Source: an uncultured cyanobacterium (GTDB lineage Bacteria; Cyanobacteriota; Cyanobacteriia; Cyanobacteriales; CAWUOF01). From it: a DNA stretch of 64,000 nucleotides. Under the pieces are notes generated by a model that had not been told where the DNA came from, did no database searches, and worked only from the letters and a program-made list of their open reading frames with translations. Shown here piece after piece: positions 52,433-63,668 of the stretch (position 1 is the stretch's first letter; every line of letters begins with the position of its first letter). The stretch spans positions 128,001-192,000 of the forward strand of contig CAVUSO010000001.1 of assembly GCA_963744145.1 (NCBI GenBank). The letters are read 5' to 3'. A program made the translations under genes and the position numbers.

Positions 52433-52670
52433 TCTCAAGAATCTCATCTAAAATTTCTTGAGTTAACCCATTAGCTTTGGCTTTTTCTTGCATTTCTTGA
52501 ATAATTTGATCGAGGGATTTATCTTCAATAATTAACTTGAGCCAATCGTTAACAATAGTCTGAATTTTTTGCTGTTTTCCGGGTTCAGCTTCTCGATAAG
52601 CTTGCGCTACTATCGCATCAACTTGAATCGTAATTGTTGACCTAGTTGTGATTATTTGAAAAAAATACAC
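52425..52670 (-). CDS. Putative antitoxin
   Basis: TITIQVD..AQAYR...AKANGLTQEILDEIL; overlaps the PIN start; start codon uncertain. Confidence 0.65.
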   Translation of the reverse strand: MYFFQIITTRSTITIQVDAIVAQAYREAEPGKQQKIQTIVNDWLKLIIEDKSLDQIIQEMQEKAKANGLTQEILDEILENE

Positions 52671-53007
52671 TTCATTGTAACATCGAATGCGCTCGAATTT
52701 TTAATCCTATTGCGATCGCTACCTACCTCGTGATGACTTCAACCCAATTTTGAACGACTCTACTATAATAAATGACTGAGGTTTAGGGGCCTATTGCAAT
52801 AGGTTATTGACAATTGGGAAACTTTAGTGGTACTTTGGGGATGGGAGTCTTAGTTGTCATATATTCCATAGCGTGCGAATTTTAAAGATAATTTGTCGCG
52901 CTCGAAAATTAGCGAATTGATGAGCGGGCGATCGCTGGGGATAATATATTCCTATAAGATAGATTATAATCAATTTAGGAGGAAAAGAAAGTAACTTTTG
53001 ATCAAAA

Positions 53008-53385
53008 ATGTCTCCACAACATCCATTAAACAAGCCCAATTGGACTGATGAAGATATTTATGAAGAAATTAGCAATATTGTCGGTAAATTTACTAATTTA
53101 CAATGCGATAAATGCGCTAAAGCAATGGTAAAATGGTTAAAACAAAATGGCATTAGCTGGAAAATTCTCAAATTAACAACAGCGAATCCTAAAGAACGCT
53201 ATATTCTTAGCGATCGCCAGGGAGGGAATGAATCAATTACAGAAAATGGTAAGCATTATGGAGTGGAAGTTAGAGGTAGAGTATTTGACAATCTTTCGTC
53301 ATCAGGACTGACTAGAGAAGATTGGATTAAAGATTTTCACTGCCCTTCTCAAAAATTTCATATTACTGAATTAGAAGATTTCTAA
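53008..53385 (+). CDS. Papain-fold toxin domain protein (Tox-PL-2-like)
   Basis: QCDKCA (Cys), GKHYGVEV (His) and VFDN (Asp) triad-like arrangement. Confidence 0.75.
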   Translation: MSPQHPLNKPNWTDEDIYEEISNIVGKFTNLQCDKCAKAMVKWLKQNGISWKILKLTTANPKERYILSDRQGGNESITENGKHYGVEVRGRVFDNLSSSGLTREDWIKDFHCPSQKFHITELEDF

Positions 53386-53413
53386 AATTATCTGAGGTAA
53401 GGGAGAAATAAAT

Positions 53414-53776
53414 ATGGCTGGACTCTACGAAACCCTAGCAAAAATTAAAGATAAACCAGGGATGTATTTGGGACATCCTTCGATAACTGCACTCCAGTTT
53501 TTTATCGAAGGTTACGAATTTGCTCGGAGCGAGTTAGGAATTGAATCAACAGACACCGAACTAGAATTTCACCGCAACTTTCAAGAATGGATACAGGAAA
53601 AACTGGAAGTGCAGACAGTTAGCTCTTGGGCAAAAATTATCCAGCTATACTGTACTGACGAAAAAGAAGCTTTTTTCTACTTTTTTAGGTTGCTGGATGA
53701 GTTTTTAGCCCAGAAAAACCAGTCGTTAGTAAATAGTAGTTCTCAATCAGAATTATTGCAAACAGCTAACTGCTAA
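53414..53776 (+). CDS. Putative immunity/partner protein of the papain-fold toxin
   Basis: KIKDKPGMYLG..SIT.L..FI.GY family; 28 bp downstream of the toxin. Confidence 0.6.
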   Translation: MAGLYETLAKIKDKPGMYLGHPSITALQFFIEGYEFARSELGIESTDTELEFHRNFQEWIQEKLEVQTVSSWAKIIQLYCTDEKEAFFYFFRLLDEFLAQKNQSLVNSSSQSELLQTANC

Positions 53777-53807
53777 AATGCCGGGATGATTGAATTTATA
53801 ACAATTT

Positions 53808-54785
53808 GCGATCGCCTATTGATCACAATCATGCTAAGATTTCTGTGTGATATATTCCATAGCGTGCGAATTTTAAAGATAACTTGTCGCGATCGAAAAT
53901 CTAGAATTGATGAGCGGGCGATCGTTTGGGATAAATCCAATATTCCTGTTATGGTTAATCTGTTTGATTCATAATTGGCCGAGGGCAAAGCATTCCGGTC
54001 ATAGTTTTCTGGAGTTATCCCATCACTGATCTGCCGGAATGCTTTGCCCCTACGAATCCGGACAAAACTTGCCCTGAGCCTGTCGAAGGGTTCTGTTCAC
54101 GTTTCATTTAGGTTCGCTATAAATAGATTATAGTTCAATCCGGTTCAATTCCCTGTAGGGGCGAAGCATTCGGGCGATCATTTATCACTTACAACCGATA
54201 ATATTATATCCGAATGCTTCGCCCTTCTTCGCCGAGATCTCCCAAAACAATCTTAACTGAACCCGATTGAGCTATCTTGTACTGATGAATTAGCGATCGC
54301 CTATTGATCACAATCATGCTAAGATTTCTGTGTGATATATTCCATAGCGTGCGAGTTTTAAAGATAAATTGTCGCGATCGAAAATCTAGAATTGATGAGC
54401 GGGCGATCGTTTGGGATAAATCCAATATTCCTGTTATGGTTAATCTGTTTGATTCATAATTGGCCGAGGGCAAAGCATTCCGGTCATAGTTTTCTGGAGT
54501 TATCCCATCACTGATCTGCCGGAATGCTTTGCCCCTACGAATCCGGACAAAACTTGCCCTGAGCCTGTCGAAGGGTTCTGTTCACGTTTCATTTAGGTTC
54601 GCTATAAATAGATTATAGTTCAATCCGGTTCAATTCCCTGTAGGGGCGAAGCATTCGGGCGATCATTTATCACTTACAACCGATAATATTATATCCGAAT
54701 GCTTCGCCCTTCTTCGCCGAGATCTCCCAAAACAATCTTAACTGAACCCGATTGAGCTATCTTGTACTGATGAATTAGCGATCGC
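53808..54785. repeat. 485-bp tandem duplication delimited by HIP1 sites; diverged third copy at about 51768-52218
   Basis: GCGATCGC at 53808, 54293 and 54778 with near-identical intervening sequence. Confidence 0.9.
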
Positions 54786-54902
54786 TATTTTTTCTGTTAA
54801 TCAGATTGCGATCGCGACGTACCTCGTGATGACTTCAACCCAATTTTGAACGACTCTACTATAATACATGACTGAGGTTTAGGGGCCGATTGCAATAGGT
54901 TA

Positions 54903-54931
54903 TTGACAATTGGGTACATTAGAGGTAAAAT
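54903..54931 (+). promoter_or_regulatory. Sigma70-type promoter upstream of ilvB
   Basis: TTGACA-17 bp-TAAAAT; related copies at about 51515 and 52807. Confidence 0.65.
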
Positions 54932-55157
54932 AGATGGTTTAGTCTTAGTAATTAAGATTAATACCTATCTTACCATCGCCACTTTTGCCCATCAGATCCG
55001 ACCGATCAGAAAAAATGCAAAGGTGGCTGGTTTGGTCGTTAGTTAGCAATTAACTAGCTAGATAGCGTCATGGGATTCCGCCATTTTTAGGATTGTTAAA
55101 TAATCCTCAATAATAAAAATAAAGACCCATCATTAAGGCAATATTAACGATAGCAGA

Positions 55158-57026
55158 ATGAACCCTATTCAAGAGCGTGAGGTTAGCACTATGCAAGTGC
55201 CCAGCGTGGCGATCAAACGGGCAACAGGAGCATTTGCCCTATTGGACAGTATCAAAAAACATGGAGTCAAACATATCTTTGGCTATCCTGGGGGCGCAAT
55301 TTTGCCCATTTATGATGAACTGTATCGTTTTGAAACAGCAGGAGATCTCCAGCACATCACAGTTAGACATGAGCAAGCAGCAACTCATGCAGCAGATGCT
55401 TATGCTCGTGCTACTGGAACAGTTGGTGTTTGTTTTGGTACATCTGGTCCGGGAGCAACTAACTTAGTCACAGGAATTGCGACTGCACAATTAGACTCAA
55501 TTCCTATAGTAGTGATTACTGGTCAGGTGAGTCGAGCAGCAATTGGGACAGACGCATTTCAAGAAATTGATATTTATGGAATTACTTTACCCATCGTCAA
55601 ACATTCCTATGTCGTCCGCGATCCTAAAGATATGGCCCGCATCGTGGCTGAAGCATTCCATATTGCTGGGACTGGACGTCCTGGACCAGTTTTAATTGAT
55701 GTTCCTAAAGATGTAGGTTTACAAGAATTTGACTATGTACCAGTAGAGCCGGGAACAATTAAATTACCTGGGTATCGTCCGACGATTAAAGGTAATCCTC
55801 GGCAAATTAATCAGGCTATTAATTTACTGCGTGAATCTCATCGTCCTTTACTTTATGTAGGTGGAGGTGCTATTTCATCTGACGCTTACCAAGAAATTCA
55901 CCAACTAGCTGAATTCTATCATATTCCAGTCACCACTACCCTGATGGGAAAGGGCGTATTTGATGAAAATCATCCCCTGGCGGTGGGAATGTTAGGGATG
56001 CACGGTACGGCTTATGCTAATTTTGCGGTGAGTGAATGTGATCTGCTGATTGCGATTGGGGCTCGCTTTGACGATCGCGTTACTGGTAAATTAGATGAAT
56101 TTGCTGTACGTGCTAAGGTCATCCATATCGATGTAGATCCAGCCGAAGTAGGCAAAAATCGTACTCCTGAAGTTCCAATCGTTGGTGATGTGAGACAAGT
56201 TTTGCTGGACTTGTTACGTCGTTGTAAAGAATTAGGGGAAAAAGTCAATCCAGAACAAACTAAACCTTGGTTAGAGCGGATTAATAAGTGGAAGGAAAAT
56301 TATCCATTGATTGTGCCCCAGTATCCAGATCAGCTCTCACCTCAAGAAGTAATTGTGGAACTCAGAAATCAAGCACCTGACGCTTATTATACCACTGATG
56401 TGGGTCAGCATCAAATGTGGGCTGCTCAATTTCTGAAAAATAAACCCCGTCACTGGATGTCGAGTGCTGGTTTAGGTACAATGGGTTACGGAATGCCTGC
56501 GGCGATGGGTGCTAAAGTTGCTTTACCTGATGAAGAAGTGATTTGTGTCGCTGGTGATGCTAGCTTTATGATGAATTTGCAAGAGCTAGGAACTTTAGCC
56601 CAATACAACATCAAAATCAAGGTAGTTATTATCAATAATGGTTGGCAGGGAATGGTGCGTCAATGGCAAGAAACCTTCTATGAATGTCGTTATGAAGCAT
56701 CAAATATGGAATCGGGAATGCCCGATTTTGTCTTGTTAGCTAAAGCTTTTGGGATTAAAGGGATGATTGTTGACAGTCGTGAGCAACTAGCTGGTGCGAT
56801 CGCCGAAATGCTGGCTCATGATGGTCCAGTATTAATGGATGTGAAAGTTCGCAAGAATGAAAACTGCTATCCCATGGTAGCTCCTGGTAAGAGCAATGCT
56901 CAGATGCTCGGTTTACCAGAACAAAAAAAATTGGAAAAAGCCACAGAATTAGTTTATTGTATGGGTTGCGGTGCTAAAAATGTAGCCAGCAATAATTTCT
57001 GTCCCGAATGTGGCACCAAAATTTAA
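55158..57026 (+). CDS. ilvB: Acetolactate synthase large subunit with C-terminal zinc ribbon
   Basis: [30 protein letters not shown] and GDASF motifs. Confidence 0.96.
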   Translation: MNPIQEREVSTMQVPSVAIKRATGAFALLDSIKKHGVKHIFGYPGGAILPIYDELYRFETAGDLQHITVRHEQAATHAADAYARATGTVGVCFGTSGPGATNLVTGIATAQLDSIPIVVITGQVSRAAIGTDAFQEIDIYGITLPIVKHSYVVRDPKDMARIVAEAFHIAGTGRPGPVLIDVPKDVGLQEFDYVPVEPGTIKLPGYRPTIKGNPRQINQAINLLRESHRPLLYVGGGAISSDAYQEIHQLAEFYHIPVTTTLMGKGVFDENHPLAVGMLGMHGTAYANFAVSECDLLIAIGARFDDRVTGKLDEFAVRAKVIHIDVDPAEVGKNRTPEVPIVGDVRQVLLDLLRRCKELGEKVNPEQTKPWLERINKWKENYPLIVPQYPDQLSPQEVIVELRNQAPDAYYTTDVGQHQMWAAQFLKNKPRHWMSSAGLGTMGYGMPAAMGAKVALPDEEVICVAGDASFMMNLQELGTLAQYNIKIKVVIINNGWQGMVRQWQETFYECRYEASNMESGMPDFVLLAKAFGIKGMIVDSREQLAGAIAEMLAHDGPVLMDVKVRKNENCYPMVAPGKSNAQMLGLPEQKKLEKATELVYCMGCGAKNVASNNFCPECGTKI

Positions 57027-57142
57027 ACTGGAGTTAGGTTCAGGATGAATGTTGGTCGATTAACAAGAGTAAAAATCTTAAATATGATCATTTGTTCATC
57101 CTGAGCATCTTCCACTGATCAATTTTCTTTACTTTAAATGCA

Positions 57143-57679
57143 ATGCTAAAAAAAATTGCGGCAATCATTTTAGTGATTCTCAGTCTTACCAGTTGTGCAA
57201 TTTCCCCGACAATGGGCTTAAAAAGCTATGTCGATACTACTGATGGTTATCAATTTCTCTATCCTAATGGTTGGGTGCCCGTTGATGTTGCCACTGGTCC
57301 TGATGTCGTATTTCGGGATTTGATTGAGACTAGCGAAAATGTTTCCGTTGTCTTTAGTTCGGTTCCTCAAGATAAAACTTTAGTTGATGTCGGCACTCCT
57401 AGTGAAGTTGGATATAAACTGAGTAAAAATGCGATCGCACCGACCAATTCTGACCGAGAAGCGGAATTAGTTAATGCCGAATCACGTCAAGTAGGTGATA
57501 AAATCTATTATTTACTTGAATATGCAGTTACTTGGTCAGGACAAAAACGACATAATTTAGCTAGTGTGGCGATTAGTAGAGGTAAGTTATTCACTTTTAA
57601 CGCTTCTACCACAGAAAAACGTTGGCAAAAAATGGAAAGTATCTTGGAAAATGTGGTGAAATCTTTCACGGTTTATTAA
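57143..57679 (+). CDS. psbP: PsbP-like lipoprotein (CyanoP)
   Basis: Lipobox LTSC; DGYQFLYPNGW and ENVSVV. Confidence 0.9.
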   Translation: MLKKIAAIILVILSLTSCAISPTMGLKSYVDTTDGYQFLYPNGWVPVDVATGPDVVFRDLIETSENVSVVFSSVPQDKTLVDVGTPSEVGYKLSKNAIAPTNSDREAELVNAESRQVGDKIYYLLEYAVTWSGQKRHNLASVAISRGKLFTFNASTTEKRWQKMESILENVVKSFTVY

Positions 57680-57718
57680 TAGCTGGGAAAATAATGGAAA
57701 AATTTCAAAAATTAAACC

Positions 57719-59053
57719 ATGACAGATTTAAAATTCAATTTCTTTCAACATTGGTATCCGATCTCACCAATTGAAGACCTTGATCCTAATTGTCCAACTC
57801 CGATCGTGATGCTAGGTCGCAAGCTGGTAGTGTGGAAACCACGCTTCTCAAATCAGTATTGTGTTTTTTTTGATCAGTGTCCCCATCGTCTTGCCCCATT
57901 AAGTGAGGGACGAGTGGATGAAAAAACTGGGAATTTAATGTGTAGTTATCATGGTTGGCAATTTGACTCACAAGGAGTTTGCACCCATATTCCTCAAGCA
58001 GAAGATCCCGATCTGATTGCTAAAAATCGCGACAACTATTGTGTAAAAGCTCTACCTACCCAAGAAGTAAATGGTTTGCTCTGGGTTTGGCCCGATGTGG
58101 ATGCTCCTGCGATCGCATCATCTACTCCTTTACCACTTTCACCTCAAGTAGATGCAAGTCGCGGCTTTGTCTGGTCATCGATGGTCCGCGATCTAGAATA
58201 TGATTGGCAAACTTTGCTGGAAAATATTGTTGATCCATCCCATGTTCAATTTGCTCATCATGGTGTGCAAGGTAACCGCGATCGCGCTAAACCAATTCCC
58301 ATCGAAATTGTCCAGTCTACTCCGGATTACATTGAAGCCAAAATTGAAAGAGGTTTTAAATCACGAATTACCTTTAAACCTCCCTGCTATCTAGAGTATG
58401 AAATCGATTTTGGACTAGATCGACAATTAGGTTTAGTTACCTATTGTATTCCGATCGCTCCAGGTAAGTCTAGAATTGTAGCTCAGTTCCCACGCAACTT
58501 TGCCAAGCTTCAAAATCGTTTAATTCCGCGTTGGTGGAATCATATCAATGTGCGTAATCAAGTCCTAGATGGGGATATGATTTTCTTGCACTATCAAGAA
58601 AAAGATTTACAACAAATATTACAGACTGAAACTTGGAAAACCGCTTATAAGATGCCCACAAGTGCCGATCGTCTAGTGATTGAACTTCGTCGGTGGTTAG
58701 ATCTATATTGTCATCAAGATGTACCAGGACAGTTTCCTTGGGGAAAAATTGATACCTCTCTGGAATTGCCATGGCGTAATCGTCAACATTTACTCGATCG
58801 CTATCATCAACATACCTTGATTTGTGGAAGTTGTCGTCAGGCATTAAAAAACTTACATCGTTTACAGGTAGGACTAATAATTTATTTCGTAATTACTCTG
58901 TCGATTGCGGCTGTAATGCCCGATGCACTTCATCTATCAATTAGTTTACCTTTAGTTCTGACCGGATTGCTAGGATTAGGTATTCAGTTCGGGCTGAAAT
59001 ACTGGTTGGAACCCAAGTTTTATTTTGTCGATTATGTTCATGCAAAACGTTGA
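57719..59053 (+). CDS. Rieske non-heme iron oxygenase (pheophorbide a oxygenase/Tic55-like)
   Basis: CPHRLAPLSEG..CSYHGW, ENxxDxxHxxxxH and a C-terminal CxxC. Confidence 0.9.
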   Translation: MTDLKFNFFQHWYPISPIEDLDPNCPTPIVMLGRKLVVWKPRFSNQYCVFFDQCPHRLAPLSEGRVDEKTGNLMCSYHGWQFDSQGVCTHIPQAEDPDLIAKNRDNYCVKALPTQEVNGLLWVWPDVDAPAIASSTPLPLSPQVDASRGFVWSSMVRDLEYDWQTLLENIVDPSHVQFAHHGVQGNRDRAKPIPIEIVQSTPDYIEAKIERGFKSRITFKPPCYLEYEIDFGLDRQLGLVTYCIPIAPGKSRIVAQFPRNFAKLQNRLIPRWWNHINVRNQVLDGDMIFLHYQEKDLQQILQTETWKTAYKMPTSADRLVIELRRWLDLYCHQDVPGQFPWGKIDTSLELPWRNRQHLLDRYHQHTLICGSCRQALKNLHRLQVGLIIYFVITLSIAAVMPDALHLSISLPLVLTGLLGLGIQFGLKYWLEPKFYFVDYVHAKR

Positions 59054-59071
59054 TACTTAATCAATTAATCT

Positions 59072-59458
59072 TTATCTCAATCCTAGTACCTCCTGGGATT
59101 TTTCTAAAACATTTTTTGGACGAAAAGGTTTAGTCATATACAAATCAGCACCAACATCATTACCCTTTTGCTTATCAAATTCTTGTCCCTTGGCGGTTAA
59201 AATAATAATATAAACATCTTTCATGTTCAATTCATTTTTAACTGCATGACAAACATCTAATCCATTCATTTTTGGGATCATCACATCAAGAAAAACTAAT
59301 TCTGGCTTTTCTAGTTTGATGATCTCTAATGCTTCTTGTCCATTTTGTGCTGTCAATAATTCTACCCCTTGCTCTTCTAATTTCTCCAATGTCTGTTCCA
59401 TTAATATTAAAATATTAGGTTCATCATCAACAATTAAGATTTTTTTACTCATAAACAC
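59072..59458 (-). CDS. Single-domain response regulator
   Basis: ILIVDDE, FLDVMIP, LTAKG and KPF. Confidence 0.92.
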   Translation of the reverse strand: MFMSKKILIVDDEPNILILMEQTLEKLEEQGVELLTAQNGQEALEIIKLEKPELVFLDVMIPKMNGLDVCHAVKNELNMKDVYIIILTAKGQEFDKQKGNDVGADLYMTKPFRPKNVLEKSQEVLGLR

Positions 59459-59675
59459 TCCCTAGGAATAATCAAATACTATGGACTCGCTTAATCATCA
59501 TATCAGGTTTAAGCAATAGATTATTAATTTTACTCAATACATCAGAAAATGGAACAGTGATATTGGGTTAAAAAGACGGGTTAAATCTAGTCATTTGTGG
59601 GTCAGGAAATTGTCGTTTGCAGTATAGTCAATTTTACCTAGAACTAAAATCCCAGGGTAATTGCTTAATATTTGA

Positions 59676-61685
59676 CTATTTGACTAGAATATTAGCGATC
59701 GATGGTGAAAGGAGATTACTACCCAAATCCAGGGGAATAGTAAAGAAAAATGTACTCCCTTTTCCTAGTTCACTATCCACCCAAATTTTGCCACCATGAT
59801 GTTCAATTATTTGCTTACAAATAGGTAATCCTAATCCAGTTCCTTGGGGTTTATCTGTCAAAGTATTTCCAACTTGTTTAAATTTTTCAAAGACTTTTTC
59901 TTGGTCAGCACTACTAATTCCCATTCCCGTATCCTTAATGCTGATTAACATCTGATTACAACTAACTATAGCTCGACAAGTAATTGAACCTTCATCAGTA
60001 AATTTAATCGCGTTAGACAAAATATTAATTAATACTTGAATCAGTCGATCGCGATCGCCAATTATTTTTGGTAAATTTGGTTCAACTTGTTTAAATAGCA
60101 ACAAATTTTTGGCAGTAAATAAAGGTGAAGTCGCAGCGATCGCTTGGTCAATAATCTCAGCAATTACTAGGGGTTGCATTTGCCATTCAATTTTGCCTAC
60201 TTCCATTTTAGCAATATCTAAAACATCATTAATTAAAGAAGTAAGTCTCTCAGTTTCGGAGATAATAATATTAATATTAGTACCGAGCTGTCGGATACTC
60301 TTTTGGGTTTTGTGATCGGGATTTTGCAACAAGGGAAATATCTGATCATCCAATTTTTCTTTAATAATGGAAGCAAACCCCAAAATCGAAGTTAAAGGAG
60401 TCCGTAACTCGTGAGAAACAGTAGCAATAAAATCTGTTTTCATCCGATCAATTTGTTTTTCAACTGTCACATTCCGAATCAAAATTACCGATCCAATTAC
60501 TTCATTATTGCTATTGTTTCTATCAATCTCAACTACTGTTTCCGGTAATTTATTGGTATTTTTACAAATAGCAGTAGCTAAAGCTTGACCGATAATTCCA
60601 TCCGCTAGTTCAAGTTCTGCTGTAAAAACTTGTCTGGGGTGTTCCCAAGTTTGGGTCACTAATTCTACTACTTTTTGATTAGATAATATCTGACAACTTT
60701 CCCCGTTCAAATCTAGATTTTTTAACCTAAACAAAGCTAAAAAAGCTGGATTAAATCTAGTAATTTTTCCTTGGGTGTCTGTTACTAACAAAGCATCTGC
60801 TAAATTATCAATAATACCGCTTAAATAAGCTAAGGTATTCTCTAATTCTTGTCCTCGCGCTTCTAATCCAGAAAATAAATTACTGATTTGCTCTACCATC
60901 GCATTTAAAGTTGCAGCTAGCACTCCAATTTCATCTCTTGAAGTTCCTACTGCTCTCACATTCAAATCTCCTTCAGCCATGTGATTAGCAGTTTCAGTTA
61001 GTTGAGTTAATGCTCGGACGATCCGCGAGACTATAATAAAAGCTACAGGTACTATTAATAAGCTTAATACTAATGCTAATAATAAAAATAAATAACTACG
61101 TTCTGTCGTCTCAGCAACTTGCTTTTCCATCCTTTTCATCACCCAATCTAATTGAGTGGTAAGCACAGGAAGCAACTGATTAATATTCATTAAATATTTC
61201 TCTCTTCCTGCGGGAGATGCTAATAAATATTTTTCTAAATTAGAGCGATAAATTCGCCAAGATTCCTCAATTTTTTCCAATTGTCCTAATACATTTACAT
61301 CACTGACAGGACTTAGCTCTAAATTGATCGAACCCGAATGCAAAGTTGCTAACAATTGTTCAAAATTTTCAATGTCTGCTTGAATGTCAATTTCGATCTT
61401 ATTCTGCTCTAACCGATTCTGCTTACTTTGATATACATTGACTAAATAAGCTAATTTAAAAGTCAAGGTTCGTTCTGAACTAATCAGATCAACTATTGGA
61501 GCATTATTACGCATCCGATTTAGTGCGGTTCCCCCGACAACTGCGGCTAATAAGTTAATTGCTACTAAGCTAAAAAATAATAAACTTAACCTTTGTCTAA
61601 TAGTAATAAAAAAACCTCGTTTCCCAACTAGATTAGTTCTAATTTGGGCAGAAAAATTTACGATTAGCTGAGATTTTGAGATCAT
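59676..61685 (-). CDS. Membrane histidine kinase (periplasmic 4-helix/PilJ-like, HAMP, PAS)
   Basis: Two TMs, DEIGVLA HAMP motif, SHELRTPL and GTGLGL. Confidence 0.9.
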   Translation of the reverse strand: MISKSQLIVNFSAQIRTNLVGKRGFFITIRQRLSLLFFSLVAINLLAAVVGGTALNRMRNNAPIVDLISSERTLTFKLAYLVNVYQSKQNRLEQNKIEIDIQADIENFEQLLATLHSGSINLELSPVSDVNVLGQLEKIEESWRIYRSNLEKYLLASPAGREKYLMNINQLLPVLTTQLDWVMKRMEKQVAETTERSYLFLLLALVLSLLIVPVAFIIVSRIVRALTQLTETANHMAEGDLNVRAVGTSRDEIGVLAATLNAMVEQISNLFSGLEARGQELENTLAYLSGIIDNLADALLVTDTQGKITRFNPAFLALFRLKNLDLNGESCQILSNQKVVELVTQTWEHPRQVFTAELELADGIIGQALATAICKNTNKLPETVVEIDRNNSNNEVIGSVILIRNVTVEKQIDRMKTDFIATVSHELRTPLTSILGFASIIKEKLDDQIFPLLQNPDHKTQKSIRQLGTNINIIISETERLTSLINDVLDIAKMEVGKIEWQMQPLVIAEIIDQAIAATSPLFTAKNLLLFKQVEPNLPKIIGDRDRLIQVLINILSNAIKFTDEGSITCRAIVSCNQMLISIKDTGMGISSADQEKVFEKFKQVGNTLTDKPQGTGLGLPICKQIIEHHGGKIWVDSELGKGSTFFFTIPLDLGSNLLSPSIANILVK

Positions 61686-61705
61686 TTAATTCCCTGAGCA
61701 ATTAA

Positions 61706-63445
61706 TTAATTAGTAGCTAACTGTGTAACCGGAATTTGAATCCAGAACTCTGTCCCTTCCCCAAGTTCGGATAAACATTTGAGACTTCCACCATGTTTTT
61801 CAACCACAATTTGATAGCTAATTGAAAGTCCTAATCCAGTTCCTTTTCCGATTGGTTTAGTGGTAAAGAATGGGTCAAATAATTTCTTTTTTACCTCTGC
61901 GGTCATCCCTGGACCATTATCCCGAATACAAACCAATACATTCTGACTAGGATTACCCATTAAATTCTGATCTAATATTTTGGTAGAAATGGTGATTTTT
62001 CCCGGTTTATCTTCCATTTGAATCGCATCGATCGCATTACTAATAATATTCATAAATACTTGATTAAGCTGACCTAAATAACACTCAACATTAGGTAAGT
62101 CTCCATATTCTTTGACTACTTGAATCTGGGGATGATTGACTGTTTCTTTTAAGCGATGATGTAAAATCAATAAAGTGCTATCAATTCCTTCGTGAATATC
62201 CACTGCTTTCATCTCATTTTGTTCAATTCGAGAAAAGTTACGGAGGGAAATAACAATCTGACGAATTCGATCAATTCCTACTTTCATCGAAGCTAACAAT
62301 TTTGGTAAGTCTTCTAATAAAAATTCTAAATCAGAATTAACAATCTCTTCTTTAACTTCTGATACTGGTTCTGGATAATTTTTTAGAAATAATTGTGCTA
62401 TCTTCATTAAATTTTGTACATACTCATCAGCATAATTAAGATTACCATAAATAAAATTTACTGGATTATTAATTTCATGGGCAACCCCAGCTAAAAGTTG
62501 ACCTAATGCTGACATTTTTTCGCTTTGAATCAATTGGGTTTGTGCTTGTTGTAATTCTGATAAAGTTTCTTGTAATTGTTGAGCGTGTTCTTGAGCAATT
62601 CTAGCAGCTTGAAGGCTTTCTTCATAGATTTTCGCTTTTTCAATCGCCACAGCAGCTTGGGATGCAAAGATATTTAATAACTTTAAATCTCCTGCTTCAT
62701 AGTTAATTTTCTGCTCATTACAAATCGCGATCGCTCCGATTAACTGTTCTTTTGTCTTTAAGGGGACACAAATCAAAGATTGAACTTTTTCTTGACTATT
62801 AACAAATCGAGCATCTGTGGAAACATCATTAACAATCTCACCCTTTCCCATCTGGAGAATCGTCTCCACCATCCCCTCACCTAACTGCAAGAATTCTGCT
62901 AAATATCCCACCGCACCAAATTCTGCTAAAATCTCAAACTTTTCGGTTTTGCTATCGAGTAAAACCATAATTCCCATTGTCCCATCAATTAACTTTCCTG
63001 CTTGTTCAATTACCATCTGAGCAAGTTGTTTTAAATCCAAACTCGCTGTTACTTGGGTAGAAATATCTTCAAATAAATCTATTTCTTTATATTTTTCTAA
63101 TAACTCATTAGCGAGGGATTTTTTCTCAAATTCCTGTTTGACCAAATAGGAAAGCAAATCCGCGACAGAACGGGCAGTTATTGACCCACTAACTACCCAA
63201 CCTAATTTTGCTCCAGCTAGTTCGATCGGATACTGATGGGTTAGCTCTTCTTGTGTCTTGCCAAATAACAGATTTCCTTCTAAATCTTTTATATAGATAT
63301 CCTCACTCATCCCATTCAGTAAAGCTGAGATCATTGATATTACTTCTTTTTTACTAAAAAATTTTTTCAGATTGATTGGCATCATAAGTGTTTTCGATAA
63401 GTGCTGGGTTTTTATAAAAGAGGTTAACCCTCTCTCTATTACCAT
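61706..63445 (-). CDS. GAF-domain histidine kinase (true start probably about 63385)
   Basis: GAF domain; AHEINNP and FFTTKPIGKGTGLGL. Confidence 0.9.
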   Translation of the reverse strand: MVIERGLTSFIKTQHLSKTLMMPINLKKFFSKKEVISMISALLNGMSEDIYIKDLEGNLLFGKTQEELTHQYPIELAGAKLGWVVSGSITARSVADLLSYLVKQEFEKKSLANELLEKYKEIDLFEDISTQVTASLDLKQLAQMVIEQAGKLIDGTMGIMVLLDSKTEKFEILAEFGAVGYLAEFLQLGEGMVETILQMGKGEIVNDVSTDARFVNSQEKVQSLICVPLKTKEQLIGAIAICNEQKINYEAGDLKLLNIFASQAAVAIEKAKIYEESLQAARIAQEHAQQLQETLSELQQAQTQLIQSEKMSALGQLLAGVAHEINNPVNFIYGNLNYADEYVQNLMKIAQLFLKNYPEPVSEVKEEIVNSDLEFLLEDLPKLLASMKVGIDRIRQIVISLRNFSRIEQNEMKAVDIHEGIDSTLLILHHRLKETVNHPQIQVVKEYGDLPNVECYLGQLNQVFMNIISNAIDAIQMEDKPGKITISTKILDQNLMGNPSQNVLVCIRDNGPGMTAEVKKKLFDPFFTTKPIGKGTGLGLSISYQIVVEKHGGSLKCLSELGEGTEFWIQIPVTQLATN

Positions 63446-63545
63446 TTTATGGTAGTATCATTTTCTCTTGTATTGTAAAAATTACTTAACTCATTCTGGG
63501 ACTTTCCTGGTTTGTTGGTCCATTGTTAATCCAACCAGGACAAAT

Positions 63546-63668
63546 TAGACCTCTTGCAAAAGTCATGTTGATCAATTTACTGGACAGGCAAGATGCCTGT
63601 CCCACAACCAAAAAAACTCTTGTGGGACAGGCATCTTGCCTGTCCTAGTTATTTTTGCAAGAAGTCTA
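63546..63668. mobile_element. MITE with TIRs and an internal REP-doublet hairpin
   Basis: TAGACCTCTTGCAAAA / TTTTGCAAGAAGTCTA (15/16); internal GGACAGGCAAGATGCCTGTCCCACAA...TTGTGGGACAGGCATCTTGCCTGTCC. Confidence 0.8.

Noticed and set aside
51706-54473. Repeated small ORFs MPS(V/A)NYESNRL... (51706, 53773, 54204)
   Set aside because: They start inside REP hairpins, end differently, and are explained by the DNA duplication.
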